From: Adineta vaga
Lineage: Eukaryota > Animalia > Rotifera
DNA length: 64,000 nt
NCBI GenBank assembly: GCA_021613535.1
Contig: CP075496.1
Coordinates: 4,526,001 to 4,590,000 of the forward strand
Direction of reading: 5' to 3'
Below, piece by piece: positions 40,982-51,898 of this stretch. The position numbers were made by a program, and so were the translations under genes. A model generated the notes under the pieces. It searched no databases. It worked only from the letters and a program-made list of their open reading frames with translations, and had not been told where the DNA came from. Positions within the stretch are counted from its first letter, which is position 1. Every line of letters starts with the position of its first letter.

Positions 40982-41792
40982 ATGCGACGATTGATCAAAC
41001 AAATTGGTGTGCCTCTATGTATCCTTCTGTTTCATCCTATTTTTCTAGTAAAACTTTAATTTATTTCATATTCTTTTTTATCAATGAAGTTTTATCGAAT
41101 AGATTCAGTCAACTGACATATGCTATTGGCGAAATCAAACAAGTCTTCTTATGATAAGGTACATTTCAATCATATCTGAAAATGAATAGTTTCCTTTTCA
41201 TTTTTTAATATAAAGTTGTAACGACGGTTGTTGTATGGGTATTGCTGCATCACCACAATCAGCTTGCTGTGCTAATACATCGTGGACTACCTTGTAAATT
41301 AAAGAAGCCTTTGATGTTGATTTCGAAAACTAAAAAACATGTTGTTTTGTATTTTAGAGCAATACCAATTTTTTTAGTTATCGGCATTTGTCTACTTGCA
41401 ATTTGTCTCGTCTATTTTCGACCATTGTTAAAAAATTGTTTATGTGGCGGATGTGAACTACCATGCGAACATCGAACTCGAAGTATTGATATTTTATCAT
41501 TGATTCAGATGAATTTTTTCTATGATTCTATTTTATATTAGTTACTTCGGCGAATTCAATGTCAGCAAATGCAAATCCTGTTTATAATATAAATAATGAT
41601 GATTTACCAGATTACGAAACTATCAGTAAGGATTCACGACCAAAAGATATAACACCTCCACCATACAACTTTGTTACAACACATCCAGGAGATTTTGGTC
41701 TTGAATCACGTGTTCCTAGTGCACCACCACAATATCGCTCAAGAACTAATTCAACGACTACAGTAAGACCTATACCTCCTGTTCAATCATGA
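40982..41792 (+). CDS. Shisa-like/WBP1/VOPP1/TMEM92-type Cys-rich single-pass protein with PY motifs (5 exons)
   Basis: Signal peptide; ectodomain DICYW...SCNDGCCMGIAASPQSACCA; TM; juxtamembrane Cys residues; LPDY, PPPY and PPQY. Confidence 0.7.
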
Positions 41793-44700
41793 TAAGACAA
41801 AATTTTGTTTATTCGTTGAGAAGTAAATTTTCTTCTTGGTGCTTATTTGAATCTGTATTATTTTTAAAATAAAGTTTCTTTCTTTTTTTGATAATATTTT
41901 CTACATGCATATAATGTACATATATTTGTTTTATGTATTAATTCTGCATCGGTAGGTCTTCTTATGTGACAAAATATAATATCAATAATCTTATCATCAA
42001 TAGTGCGGCACATGTGTGCCTCTAGAAGAGAAAAAAAATCAATTGATACGTAAAGAGACGGAAGACGATTTTTGTTTCTTCTGGCTATGGTTAAACGAGA
42101 AAAAAAAAGCAAAATCAAAGTGATCATTGATGGATAACAATTAGAGAGTTGGCAGAAGTGTGAAATCAGAAAAAGGAAGAAGGAGGAGAAGCAAACAGCA
42201 TCAATTCCCAATACAGAGGAAGTACACTATGTCTTTGATCGACAATGATCACTTCATCAGATTTGACACATTCGCCTGGTCGATTACTCTGATCATCATC
42301 ATCGTTGATTAATTCTGTGAATTGACAGAAACGGATGTACACTAGTGATTTCTTTTTCTTTTTCTTTCGTTTAAAATTTTTGTTAAACTTTGATATTTCA
42401 AATCAATCTGACACCTCTACAGTAATAAACGACGCGTGCTTGACACAACTGACGATTGTACTCATTCATTTCTTTTGATTTCTTCTCTACTTAGCAATTA
42501 AGTGTTACTTTTCTAATGCTTCTAGTAGTAGAGTCAACATCAAACTCATCAATGTATTTTCTTCTTTGATCTCATCGCTTCTTCTCAATTCTATTGATCA
42601 CATTGAACTAAAGACATTGAGTACACATCGACATGAAATGTACAACAATACATGTATCAGTTGATCAGCAAAGAAATAACTAATCAAGTTAAAGTACCAT
42701 GAAAAAATTTTCTACATTATTTATTGAACGGAAATGAAGTTTGTTGTTGTTCTTAATCATGATCATCGATTCTCATTATGACAATTAGGGAAAAAAGAGC
42801 AATGAAAAATCTTCCTCTGTCTGTTTATCCATGCTGCCAATATACTTGTAAACACATTGTATACGTGCGTATGGCTTATTTCATATAGACACAACGACGC
42901 CTATGACATGCTGTTTACAAGAAAAGAAAAACGAAATAGATAATGATAATAGGCGGGAAGAGAAGAAGATATTTATCCGTCGCGACGATTTGTATCCACC
43001 TGCAGTCGACGCCAAGATGCAATTAGATTCATTTCTAATTCGAACATTACCAATAGACCAATATTATTCTTATCCGTTTTGTTCCTTTACTTTGATTTAA
43101 AAAGAAGTAGCCATCTTTTTCTTTCATATTTGTTAATGAATACACACAACTTCTATCATTCCCTACTGGATACTATGTCTAGTCATCATCTAATCGGCAT
43201 CTCTTTGAAATTATACACAAATACATACATTGAATAGAAAGAAAGAAAGAAAAAAAGTAGAACGCGTGGCAGTTTGCAAACATTGACAGGTATATAAAAT
43301 GAATGCGGAATAACATCAAATAAAAGAAATACGGTCAATTGAGACACGAAATTCGAATGAGTGAGTGACTATAAGATCATTTGTCTAGATTGATCTCTTT
43401 TAGTAACAGAGAACAAAGCAAAAGACAGTATTGAAAAGGTGAGAGTCTTTCCAATGAATAGCTCATTGTTTTACACTATCCAATCTATTCATATTCATTC
43501 ATGCATATGTGTACCGTATTGTTTGTTATTCATCCATTCATTGACTAAACGACATACTATTGATTCAAGATATCGTTCTTTAGAAAGCAAAACAACAGGA
43601 AGAAACAATTGAATATGAAATTCAATCAATTACTCCGCCTATCAACATGATCGATTGCCATTTCACGTGTCTAACATATTCGTGTGAATTAACATAGAAA
43701 AGGTAGAATGTATGTGTATAACAGTTAATCCTTTTCTCAGCTCATCTGATAATTAATTCAATTTGATTTTTTTTTGCTTGCTATATTAATGATTGATGAT
43801 ACTAAACATGAATTTCACTGACGTGTATAAGATATATTTACTTTTCTCTCATTCAATTTTAATGCTAAAGCAATTAAACTAGAAAAAAAATGATGCTCAT
43901 GATGAGAACAATAAGTGTCAAAGACACGTGTATTCACTTCAATAATTTTATTCATTGTATGCACCTGTATATGTTGTTAATAGAAAAGAGATAAAATCAA
44001 CAATAATTCAATTGTTTTCCAAAAGAACTAGGTCAATCAAACACTATTGTCAAGATGATCGGCATAAATAAGTGAATCAAAACATTACTTTGATATATGA
44101 TCGAAGAACATTAGATAGCTTTTTAACGCAGCATGAATCATCTATCAAATATAAAGTAACCCGATGTATAAACATTTTCAAGATCAAACATATCGATTGT
44201 TAATTCTTTTCTATTGCCTTTTATTTAATGGAACATTTTTTTTAGTACCATTGCTATTTATCGATAGATTCTTGATTAACATTCCAATTGATTCACTTCA
44301 TTAACATATGTTCCTCCCTTGACACATACTCTATCTATCTATCTATCTATTCTACTTAACACTCAATTATCTACTAGTCATCATTCTCGGATAACATTGC
44401 TAAATGTTTTGTTTCACTTAGTAAATACTAAAGGGATTACTTGTCTCTATTCAATGATTATATTTTTGAGATCATTCTCTTGTTGACAGAGTGTTTCTAT
44501 TCATGAATCTTAGATCACCATTATGTAAGAGTATTGTTTTGTCATGCCACTTCTGATAACAATATGAACATAAGAGTACACACTTGTATGTGACATGAAC
44601 AAGAAAAGATTGAGAAGAATGATGAATGGAAACAACAAGAAATGATCATATTCACACGTCTGTGTAAATTTCTCAGACATGGAAAAAGAAACGAAACAAT

Positions 44701-45468
44701 ACCAGTATGAGAATCTAATGATGTCATCGAATCACACTTGAAAGATCAAATACGTGAAAAATATTCGAAACAGAATAGCTTTTCCAAGAGAATTAATTTC
44801 GATCGCTATGGTAATATAAAATAGAACTAATCCATTTGATTTATTGGCTTTATTCATTTACGAATCCTTGACCACCCTTAGTTAAGGATAAGGACAGAGA
44901 GAGAGAGAGAGAAAGAGAAAAGACGCGCGTATTCACAGATGGGGGGCGACATCAGTCTAGTAAACGAGAGGGAGTAAGTAGCGGTCAAGTTGAAGTGACG
45001 CCAGAGAATAATTATAAGGAAAGAGGAGGAGGAAAGAGAAGGTATTATTAAAGTAGCTTTTCTGTTGCCAGACGACGCATGCGTGCGAAAAGTTGACCTC
45101 CAGGATAGGAAAAGGAAAGAAACGAAAAGTGAATGGTATCCACGCCATGAAGCTGATAGAGAGGCGACCTCTCTCTTTCTCCATGTTTTTGTCTTCCTCT
45201 CATGTTCAATACAATATCCGATCATATCAAGAGAGAAAGCGAGCGAGAGACACGAAGAGAAAAGGAAAGAGAACACAATTATAGATTGTTTCTCTCGTCG
45301 TCCACAAACATAAATTAGAGAGTAGTGACCCTCAATCAGTCATTCTATCAAAAACACGATTGCTTATCGGACACGACACTTTTCCTCTTCCTTGTATCGT
45401 TCACGAGCGACACATTGACATTTCGATACATTACACCATCTACACGTGTGAGGCCGCTACTATACCTT

Positions 45469-45973
45469 ATGGCTAATACAATCATTCTTCCCTATACTGT
45501 TATCACAAATCCTCATACGCCTAAACGACGACATTGGCGTCGTTATACAACAACAACAGCTATCTATGCTCATCAAAAACATCAATCTTCATCATCATTG
45601 ACACATTTTGTACATAATTCCACATCTAATCTACCTGATATTGTCAATGATTGTGAAAATCGACAAGAGAATCGAATTCATACAAATTCAGAATTAAAAT
45701 TAACATGCAAAGAAATTGCTCAATCATTGCGACTTGTCGCTGATCAAGTGGATAAAAAATACTGTCAAGTAAGTGTGAAATACTTTTCATTAATCTATTC
45801 ATTTTCTTCTTTTCTTTTCTATTTAGGATGCCGATTTTAATCGAAATCTTCATTATCTATCAATACGCTTTGTATTTCATGCAACACATATGCGAACCAT
45901 ACTTTACGCCTTATGGACACGATCATTTCTACCATTAATTTTACTTGTTTTCAAGACAAAAACATTCTTTTAA
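45469..45973 (+). CDS. Candidate BH3-only pro-apoptotic protein (148 aa, 2 exons; intron 45769-45826)
   Basis: Low-complexity N-terminus, EIAQSLRLVADQVDKKY BH3-like helix, C-terminal hydrophobic-then-basic tail ILYALWTRSFLPLILLVFKTKTFF. Confidence 0.68.
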
Positions 45974-46322
45974 ATCGAACAACAATGAAAATTGCAATAT
46001 GGTTTTAGTCATTCTGTGTGTTGCTGCTGATTTTATTTCTACGATATATTAAAAGATATAAGTTCCATGGTTGCTAACATTTTTATTTGTTTGTTGTTCG
46101 AAGAACAGTGTGTCTTGTATGTTTGTATTAGTTTAAGTAACAAAATAATAATCCAAGAAGAATACATTTCAAATAAAAAAACAATCATTCATAACTAGAT
46201 TTACTTTATGAATAACAGATACATACAAGCAATAATGAAGTTTACATGATGAAATAATCCTACTTGACCTGTATATTTTGTAAATAGAAATCAATTGATA
46301 GATTTATATTTCTTTTCTTATA

Positions 46323-47480
46323 TCACATAAGTAAATAACCACACAATACACTTACACCAAATACAGCTAACTGAGCAAGTCGTTTCAATTTATGTCTTCT
46401 TCTCTGAGAATTATCATTAATTTCAAGATGAGTTAGAGAATTGTTCGACAGCATAGAGTCGACTAGTCTTCGTTTCAATTCTATTGAAGAGCTCGATTGT
46501 AAATGGTTATTTTCATTTGATATGGTGTTGGGTAAATATTGTTCGACCGAATTTTGTTTTGTTGTTAATTGAATATTGAAATTAACGGCATGTAGGACGA
46601 CTGGACAAGTCGATGGTGGTAAAGGAAGAAGCTGTGATGTCGAAGGTGTATGAATTGCATTTGTTGATACAGTTTTCAATTGATCTTCGAAAGCATTGAA
46701 AATAATATCAACAATAGGTTGTACCATTTTAACAGCTGCTTCCATAGAATGCGTATTACTGACTAATGATTCGTTGTTTAGTGAGGATGATGAGATTTCA
46801 TGTGGATCTAATTGATTAATATCGATGGTATCATTATCCATAGGTAACGAAGAGTTTAGGAAACGATCAAGAGTAATGATTGAATCATTTGTAGAAAATT
46901 GTAATTGTTTTGTTGAACTCGAATGATCTAAAAGCATGAAATGTTTGATATAATTCGATAATGAGTTCAAAACAGATATACATGTTTGCTGTAAAATATT
47001 ACTATTTCTTGCATTATTTACATTGAGCAAGACATCACGTGTTTTAGTTTGAGATGATCGACTTGTGAGACTTTCACATGAAGATGTTTGATATTTTCTT
47101 TTCTTTTTTTCAATGTTGAGTACGGTGACATGATTATTATTCACATCAGCCATTGTTTGTATCGAAGTGTTTGATATTGATGGACATAAGAAAGCGCTTT
47201 CAGTAGTTGAACTTTCCAAATGTCTTGTGTTTGATTGGATACATTGATGAGTATTATTGAACTTCATCGGATAAGTATAGATGGTTGATTTTTGAAGAGG
47301 TAAAACTACATCTGGATTATCTATTGATGGAATAGATTTCTGATTGGTTTTGAATTCAGTTCGAGATCGTTTCCATGAACGAAGACGTTTACGATATAGA
47401 TCGTTAGGATCTCTACCATCGTTTTGATTCATGTTTGGTTCTGAAGAAAGATGATCTTTTGCATTGGATTTTCGTCCCAT
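46323..47480 (-). CDS. Intronless 385-aa Ser/Thr/Asn-rich orphan with a C-terminal membrane anchor
   Basis: Long uninterrupted ORF; basic clusters RKRLRSWKR and KKKRK; ends RRRHKLKRLAQLAVFGVSVLCGYLLM*. Confidence 0.7.
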   Translation of the reverse strand: MGRKSNAKDHLSSEPNMNQNDGRDPNDLYRKRLRSWKRSRTEFKTNQKSIPSIDNPDVVLPLQKSTIYTYPMKFNNTHQCIQSNTRHLESSTTESAFLCPSISNTSIQTMADVNNNHVTVLNIEKKKRKYQTSSCESLTSRSSQTKTRDVLLNVNNARNSNILQQTCISVLNSLSNYIKHFMLLDHSSSTKQLQFSTNDSIITLDRFLNSSLPMDNDTIDINQLDPHEISSSSLNNESLVSNTHSMEAAVKMVQPIVDIIFNAFEDQLKTVSTNAIHTPSTSQLLPLPPSTCPVVLHAVNFNIQLTTKQNSVEQYLPNTISNENNHLQSSSSIELKRRLVDSMLSNNSLTHLEINDNSQRRRHKLKRLAQLAVFGVSVLCGYLLM

Positions 47481-47706
47481 TCAAAATAGTTTTCTTATTC
47501 AAAATATGAATCAATGTTTTGTTTTATAGAGGAAAAAATAATAATCAAATTCTATAGCTACAAAGGCGGGATATGGAAAAGTATTCATTTCTAGAAATCA
47601 GCTATTCATTACATACAATCATTTGAAAAATATGACTATCAGAAAAATTTTATTGGTGAATAAAAAAAATGCAAGTTCAAACAAGAAAAAAAAGTATTAT
47701 AATTAT

Positions 47707-48788
47707 TCAATGTTGAACCATACTGCGTTCGATTCCTTTGCTTTGCCAATGACGTGCATGTTCAAAGCCATTTTGACATAATTGATAATCTTGCATAGCT
47801 TGTCGAATTTCTAGAAGAACGAAATAGAAATGAGAAATAATTTCTTTCAATTAATAAAAGGATAATATAATTACCTTCTTGAGTATTCATTACAAATGGA
47901 CCGCGTTGAACAATAGGTTCGTTAAGTGGTTGTCCAGCAATAAGAACAAATCGACACTCAGTACTATTACTTGTATTTCGAAAATCAAGTCCATCACCAT
48001 TTTGTGATAAGATAAGTACATGATGTGCATCAGCAGATTGTTTTTTCGAACCAAATTCACCTTGTCCACTAAGGATATAAACAAATGCATTCCATCCTTT
48101 TGGTATTTCTTGAGTAAATAATGGTGAATGAGGTTTAAGTGTAAAATCGAGATACATTGTTGGTGTACGAGTATAAACAGGAGATTTTACTGACATTGAT
48201 TCACCGGCACTAAATTAGACAACAAGTAAAATTATCATTTCAATCTTAGATCAATGGAAATACATACATAATTTTTACTTGAACTAAACCATCGGGTGTT
48301 GCTGTGCGTGGAATGTCTTTATCAAGTAATTCTTGATAATTAGGTTCAACCATTTTATATTTTTTACTGAGATTCACCCATAATTGAAGACCATGGCCTT
48401 CTCCCGAACCAACACCTGGCATTTCACAATGGACGATACCACGACCAGCAGTCATCCATTGTAGATCGCCTGGATTAATTACACCTCGTCGTCCAGTAAA
48501 ATCTTCGTGTTCTGTACTTCCTTGTAACATATAAGTTACAGTCTCGAAGCCTCGATGTGGATGATCAGGAAAACCTGCCGGTGCTGATAATCGAAATTCA
48601 TCGAGCATGAGAAAAGGATCGAAGTTTTGTACCTATGAAAATTTATCAATAAATATTCATATGAAAAGAACAAGAAAATTTAATTTGTGTCTACATACTT
48701 GTGAAGTTCCAATCGATCGACGTACTCGTGCTCCAACACCTTCACTTTGTTCAATGCTAAGAATCTTCTTTTCAATGTAACGTGTCAT
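47707..48788 (-). CDS. PIR: Pirin (bicupin iron protein), 4 exons
   Basis: EQSEGVGARVRRSIG, DPFLMLDEF, GFPDHPHRGFETVTY, GDLQWMTAGRGIVHCEMP, GLQLWVNL, FVLIAGQPLNEPIVQRGPFVMNT. Confidence 0.96.
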
Positions 48789-48831
48789 TTTTGTATTTTT
48801 GTTTATGAATGATCGGGGAATATGAACAGTA

Positions 48832-48966
48832 TTTATAGGGAATTTTTGTCGATGTATATGTTCATGCTAGCGTATATATGACGATGCAGAAAGTTTCATG
48901 AGTCATCCATTCTAACTGACAGTGCGAATATTTGACTCATATATTATTCAATAAGCGTATGAGTCA
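48832..48966 (-). promoter_or_regulatory. Pirin promoter: TATA box plus a cluster of ARE and AP-1 sites
   Basis: TATAAA on the minus strand at 48832-48837; ATGACGATGCA 48878-48888; TGACAGTGC 48917-48925; TGA(G/C)TCA at 48899, 48933 and 48960. Confidence 0.6.
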
Positions 48967-50106
48967 ATAGAGGACTCTATCTTCAGTAGTAATGAAATCA
49001 TTTAAAATCAAGTCTGTTCAGATTTGCATGACCGAAAAAATCAGATGCTATGTGTAGATTTAACCTATTCAATCAGATTATTTTGCATTCCAATACGTGT
49101 TAGTAATGAAATTCGAATATCAAACTTCATTGCCTTACCATCCACCTTCTTAATTAGTGATAGAAACATAGTTGCAGAAGTAATATTACTACAATGAACA
49201 TACACACATATCGATTGATCCCCTTCTTATTCATCTCTATATCTTCAGTTACTATTTGTTCTTTTTGAATAATCTTGCTTTTGTAGACAAGAAAAATTGC
49301 AATAAAAATCAAGATCTCATCATTGTGTGAAATTAATAAAATGTCTCAATACAATCGGTATATTTCAACAAGATAGTTATCCTTTATGAAAGAACGTTTT
49401 TCATGAACACAAATATGTACTCGTTGAAGATATTTGCTATTTATACTTCTCTGATCAGATATATCTTTGATAATGATAACTATTTGTACGAAGTTAAATG
49501 AGCAAAACTTTTCGAATGATTATCATCTAATTTTAAATCTATTGAAATTGAATGATCAACTGATATTACAATCTATGAGGCAAAGTTACAAATACAGAAT
49601 GCAATACAAGCAACAAGTATGAACGATATAAAATATAAAATCAAAACTACGCTATTTATACTTCCGATAGATGGCGTTGGATTATATTTTAATCTTCGAC
49701 TATAAATGAAATTATGAATTAAATTATTTAATAAAGTCTTTTTGATGTGATGAACACAGAAATCTAATGAGTTTCTATTTAAAAGTTTTTTACCCTCTTC
49801 TAATTGGTTACATGTGCTGTGTACGACCTCAACAAAGATCAGAACAAGCTATAAGTCGTCATCGGCAGTCGATTCATTCTTCTTTCGTTTAACACACATT
49901 TGACTCGTCGAGAAAGGTTGTTTTTCACGTTTTTTCTTCTCTCTTTCTTTCTCGTTTGTCTATTATTCAACTATAAAAACCCAAAAATCCTTGACAACAA
50001 TCATAGTCAATTGCTTCTCTTCTATTTACAAGATTGTTGCACTTGCATACACATTCATATACGCGCTTATTTTTATTCTTCGTTATAAAAAACAAACAAA
50101 TAAACC

Positions 50107-51497
50107 ATGGCTGACGCTAAAATTGATATGGCTTTAGGTAAATCTAAATGGTTTTATTCATTTTCGATTAAATCTAATAGTTGAATTATTTTAGACGATA
50201 TTATTAAAAAAAATCGTAATGGACCAGGTAATCGCCGAGGTCGAGGACGTGGAGGTAATATGATGCAACGACGAGGTGGAAATAATCAACGTGGAAATCG
50301 TGGTGGTCGTATTGGAAAAAATAACAATTTTGGTAATAACAATAACCGTAGCCGCGGTGGCGGTAATTTCCGCCGTGGTGGAGGTCGTAATTCCTTTAAT
50401 CAACAAAATAATAATCGTTCAAACAAGTATGCATCGACATCAGATGGGCAATAAGAAGCAAATTTATTTCCATCTCTTCTAGTTTTCGTCAACAACGAGG
50501 CAGAGGAAATACAATTCCAGGTTTTAATCGACGCAATCAAGGCAGTGATAAACCTACTGCAACGGTAAATCATTTAATCAACAACTATTATATGCTTTAA
50601 ACTAGCTGCCGTCTAACATCCGATCTTTTCTTTGAATTCTTATGAAATATAAATTCATCTATAATATGTATAATCGAGTTAATCCAAACAAATAATATCT
50701 ATATATTTCATTTACAATGATTTATATACATATATATATATAAACTACTTTCGACGTTTCCCCGCATATATGTACGAGTGGTACTATGATAATGAAATAT
50801 TGTGTGTGATAAGTATAATATATATGGATAGAGGACGGCAGCATTAAACTTCGTCTTGACTGGTTTCTTATTCGTTCCAATTAGTACAATCCATTGAGTC
50901 GTGATGCCAATCCAGGATCATTCAAACAGCAGCCACAAATTCAAACAGCTCCACGAAGACAACAAGGTCAATATTCAATCGATTAATTTCATCTTTTAAT
51001 TAAACTCAAATAAAACCCCCTTATTATTCAATAGGTAGTATATTTAACAAGATTCAACCAAGACAGAATGTCACTGCACTTCGACGTCGTATGGTGGCTG
51101 CTCAACGAGCATTAAGTCGTGCAACGAAAACACTTGCTTCAATACCAAGAATTCGACAACAACGTCAACGAATTCTTCAACAGCCACAAAAACTTGTAAA
51201 TTTAGATTTTCTACAATAGAAAACTCATACCGTGTTTCATTCGTATATTTAGAGAAATATTATTACACGAAATAAACTTGCTAGTGCTGGTGCTGGTGCT
51301 GGTGGCATTCGTAAAAGGTAAGATAAATGAAAAAGAGATGAATTTCTATAATACATATTTACTCATATTTTTGTTTTAGATTAGGTACAGGTCGAAAAGT
51401 AAGTTCATTGATTATCGTGATCATTTTATCTAAACAATTTCCGTATTGATTTTAGTTAACTGGCCGTGGTGGTGGTGCCCGTCGTATGTTTGTTTAA
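50107..51497 (+). CDS. UAP56-binding-motif mRNA export adaptor lacking an RRM (UIF/FYTTD1-like), 8 exons
   Basis: N-terminal MADAKIDMAL/DDIIKKNR matches the UBM (KIDMSLDDII) of ALYREF/UIF. The rest is RG/RGG-, Asn- and Gln-rich with no RRM. Confidence 0.75.
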
Positions 51498-51898
51498 AAT
51501 TGTTTTGCCAATATTTCTACATCAATAAACATTCTTTTTTGTGTTTGTATGCGCGTGTATCTATTTGTTAATCTTGAAAACTAAACAGTTGTTCTGTATC
51601 ACTTGTGTTTTGTTTTTGCTTTCGCGTTTATCTTTTGTCATTTACATATTGTTCAAAGTCTCCCGACAAGTAGCTTCTGAAACTAAGAAAACTTAATATA
51701 TAAATCTGTCCTCATATTTACTCTCTCTCTCTCTCTCTTCCTGAACGTGTGTAAGTGTATATACACATATATATATATATATATCAAGAAGAATAAAAGA
51801 AAATTATTATCTTGGATTTGTTCATTTCTTTATTTTTGTTTGATCTCGAAAGATAAATATCATCAAATCATTTTTTTAGATATAAAGACAATAAGAAA

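Noticed and set aside
44878-45313. Overlapping ORFs on both strands
   Set aside because: A purine-rich promoter or UTR-like tract depleted of stop codons; no protein features.
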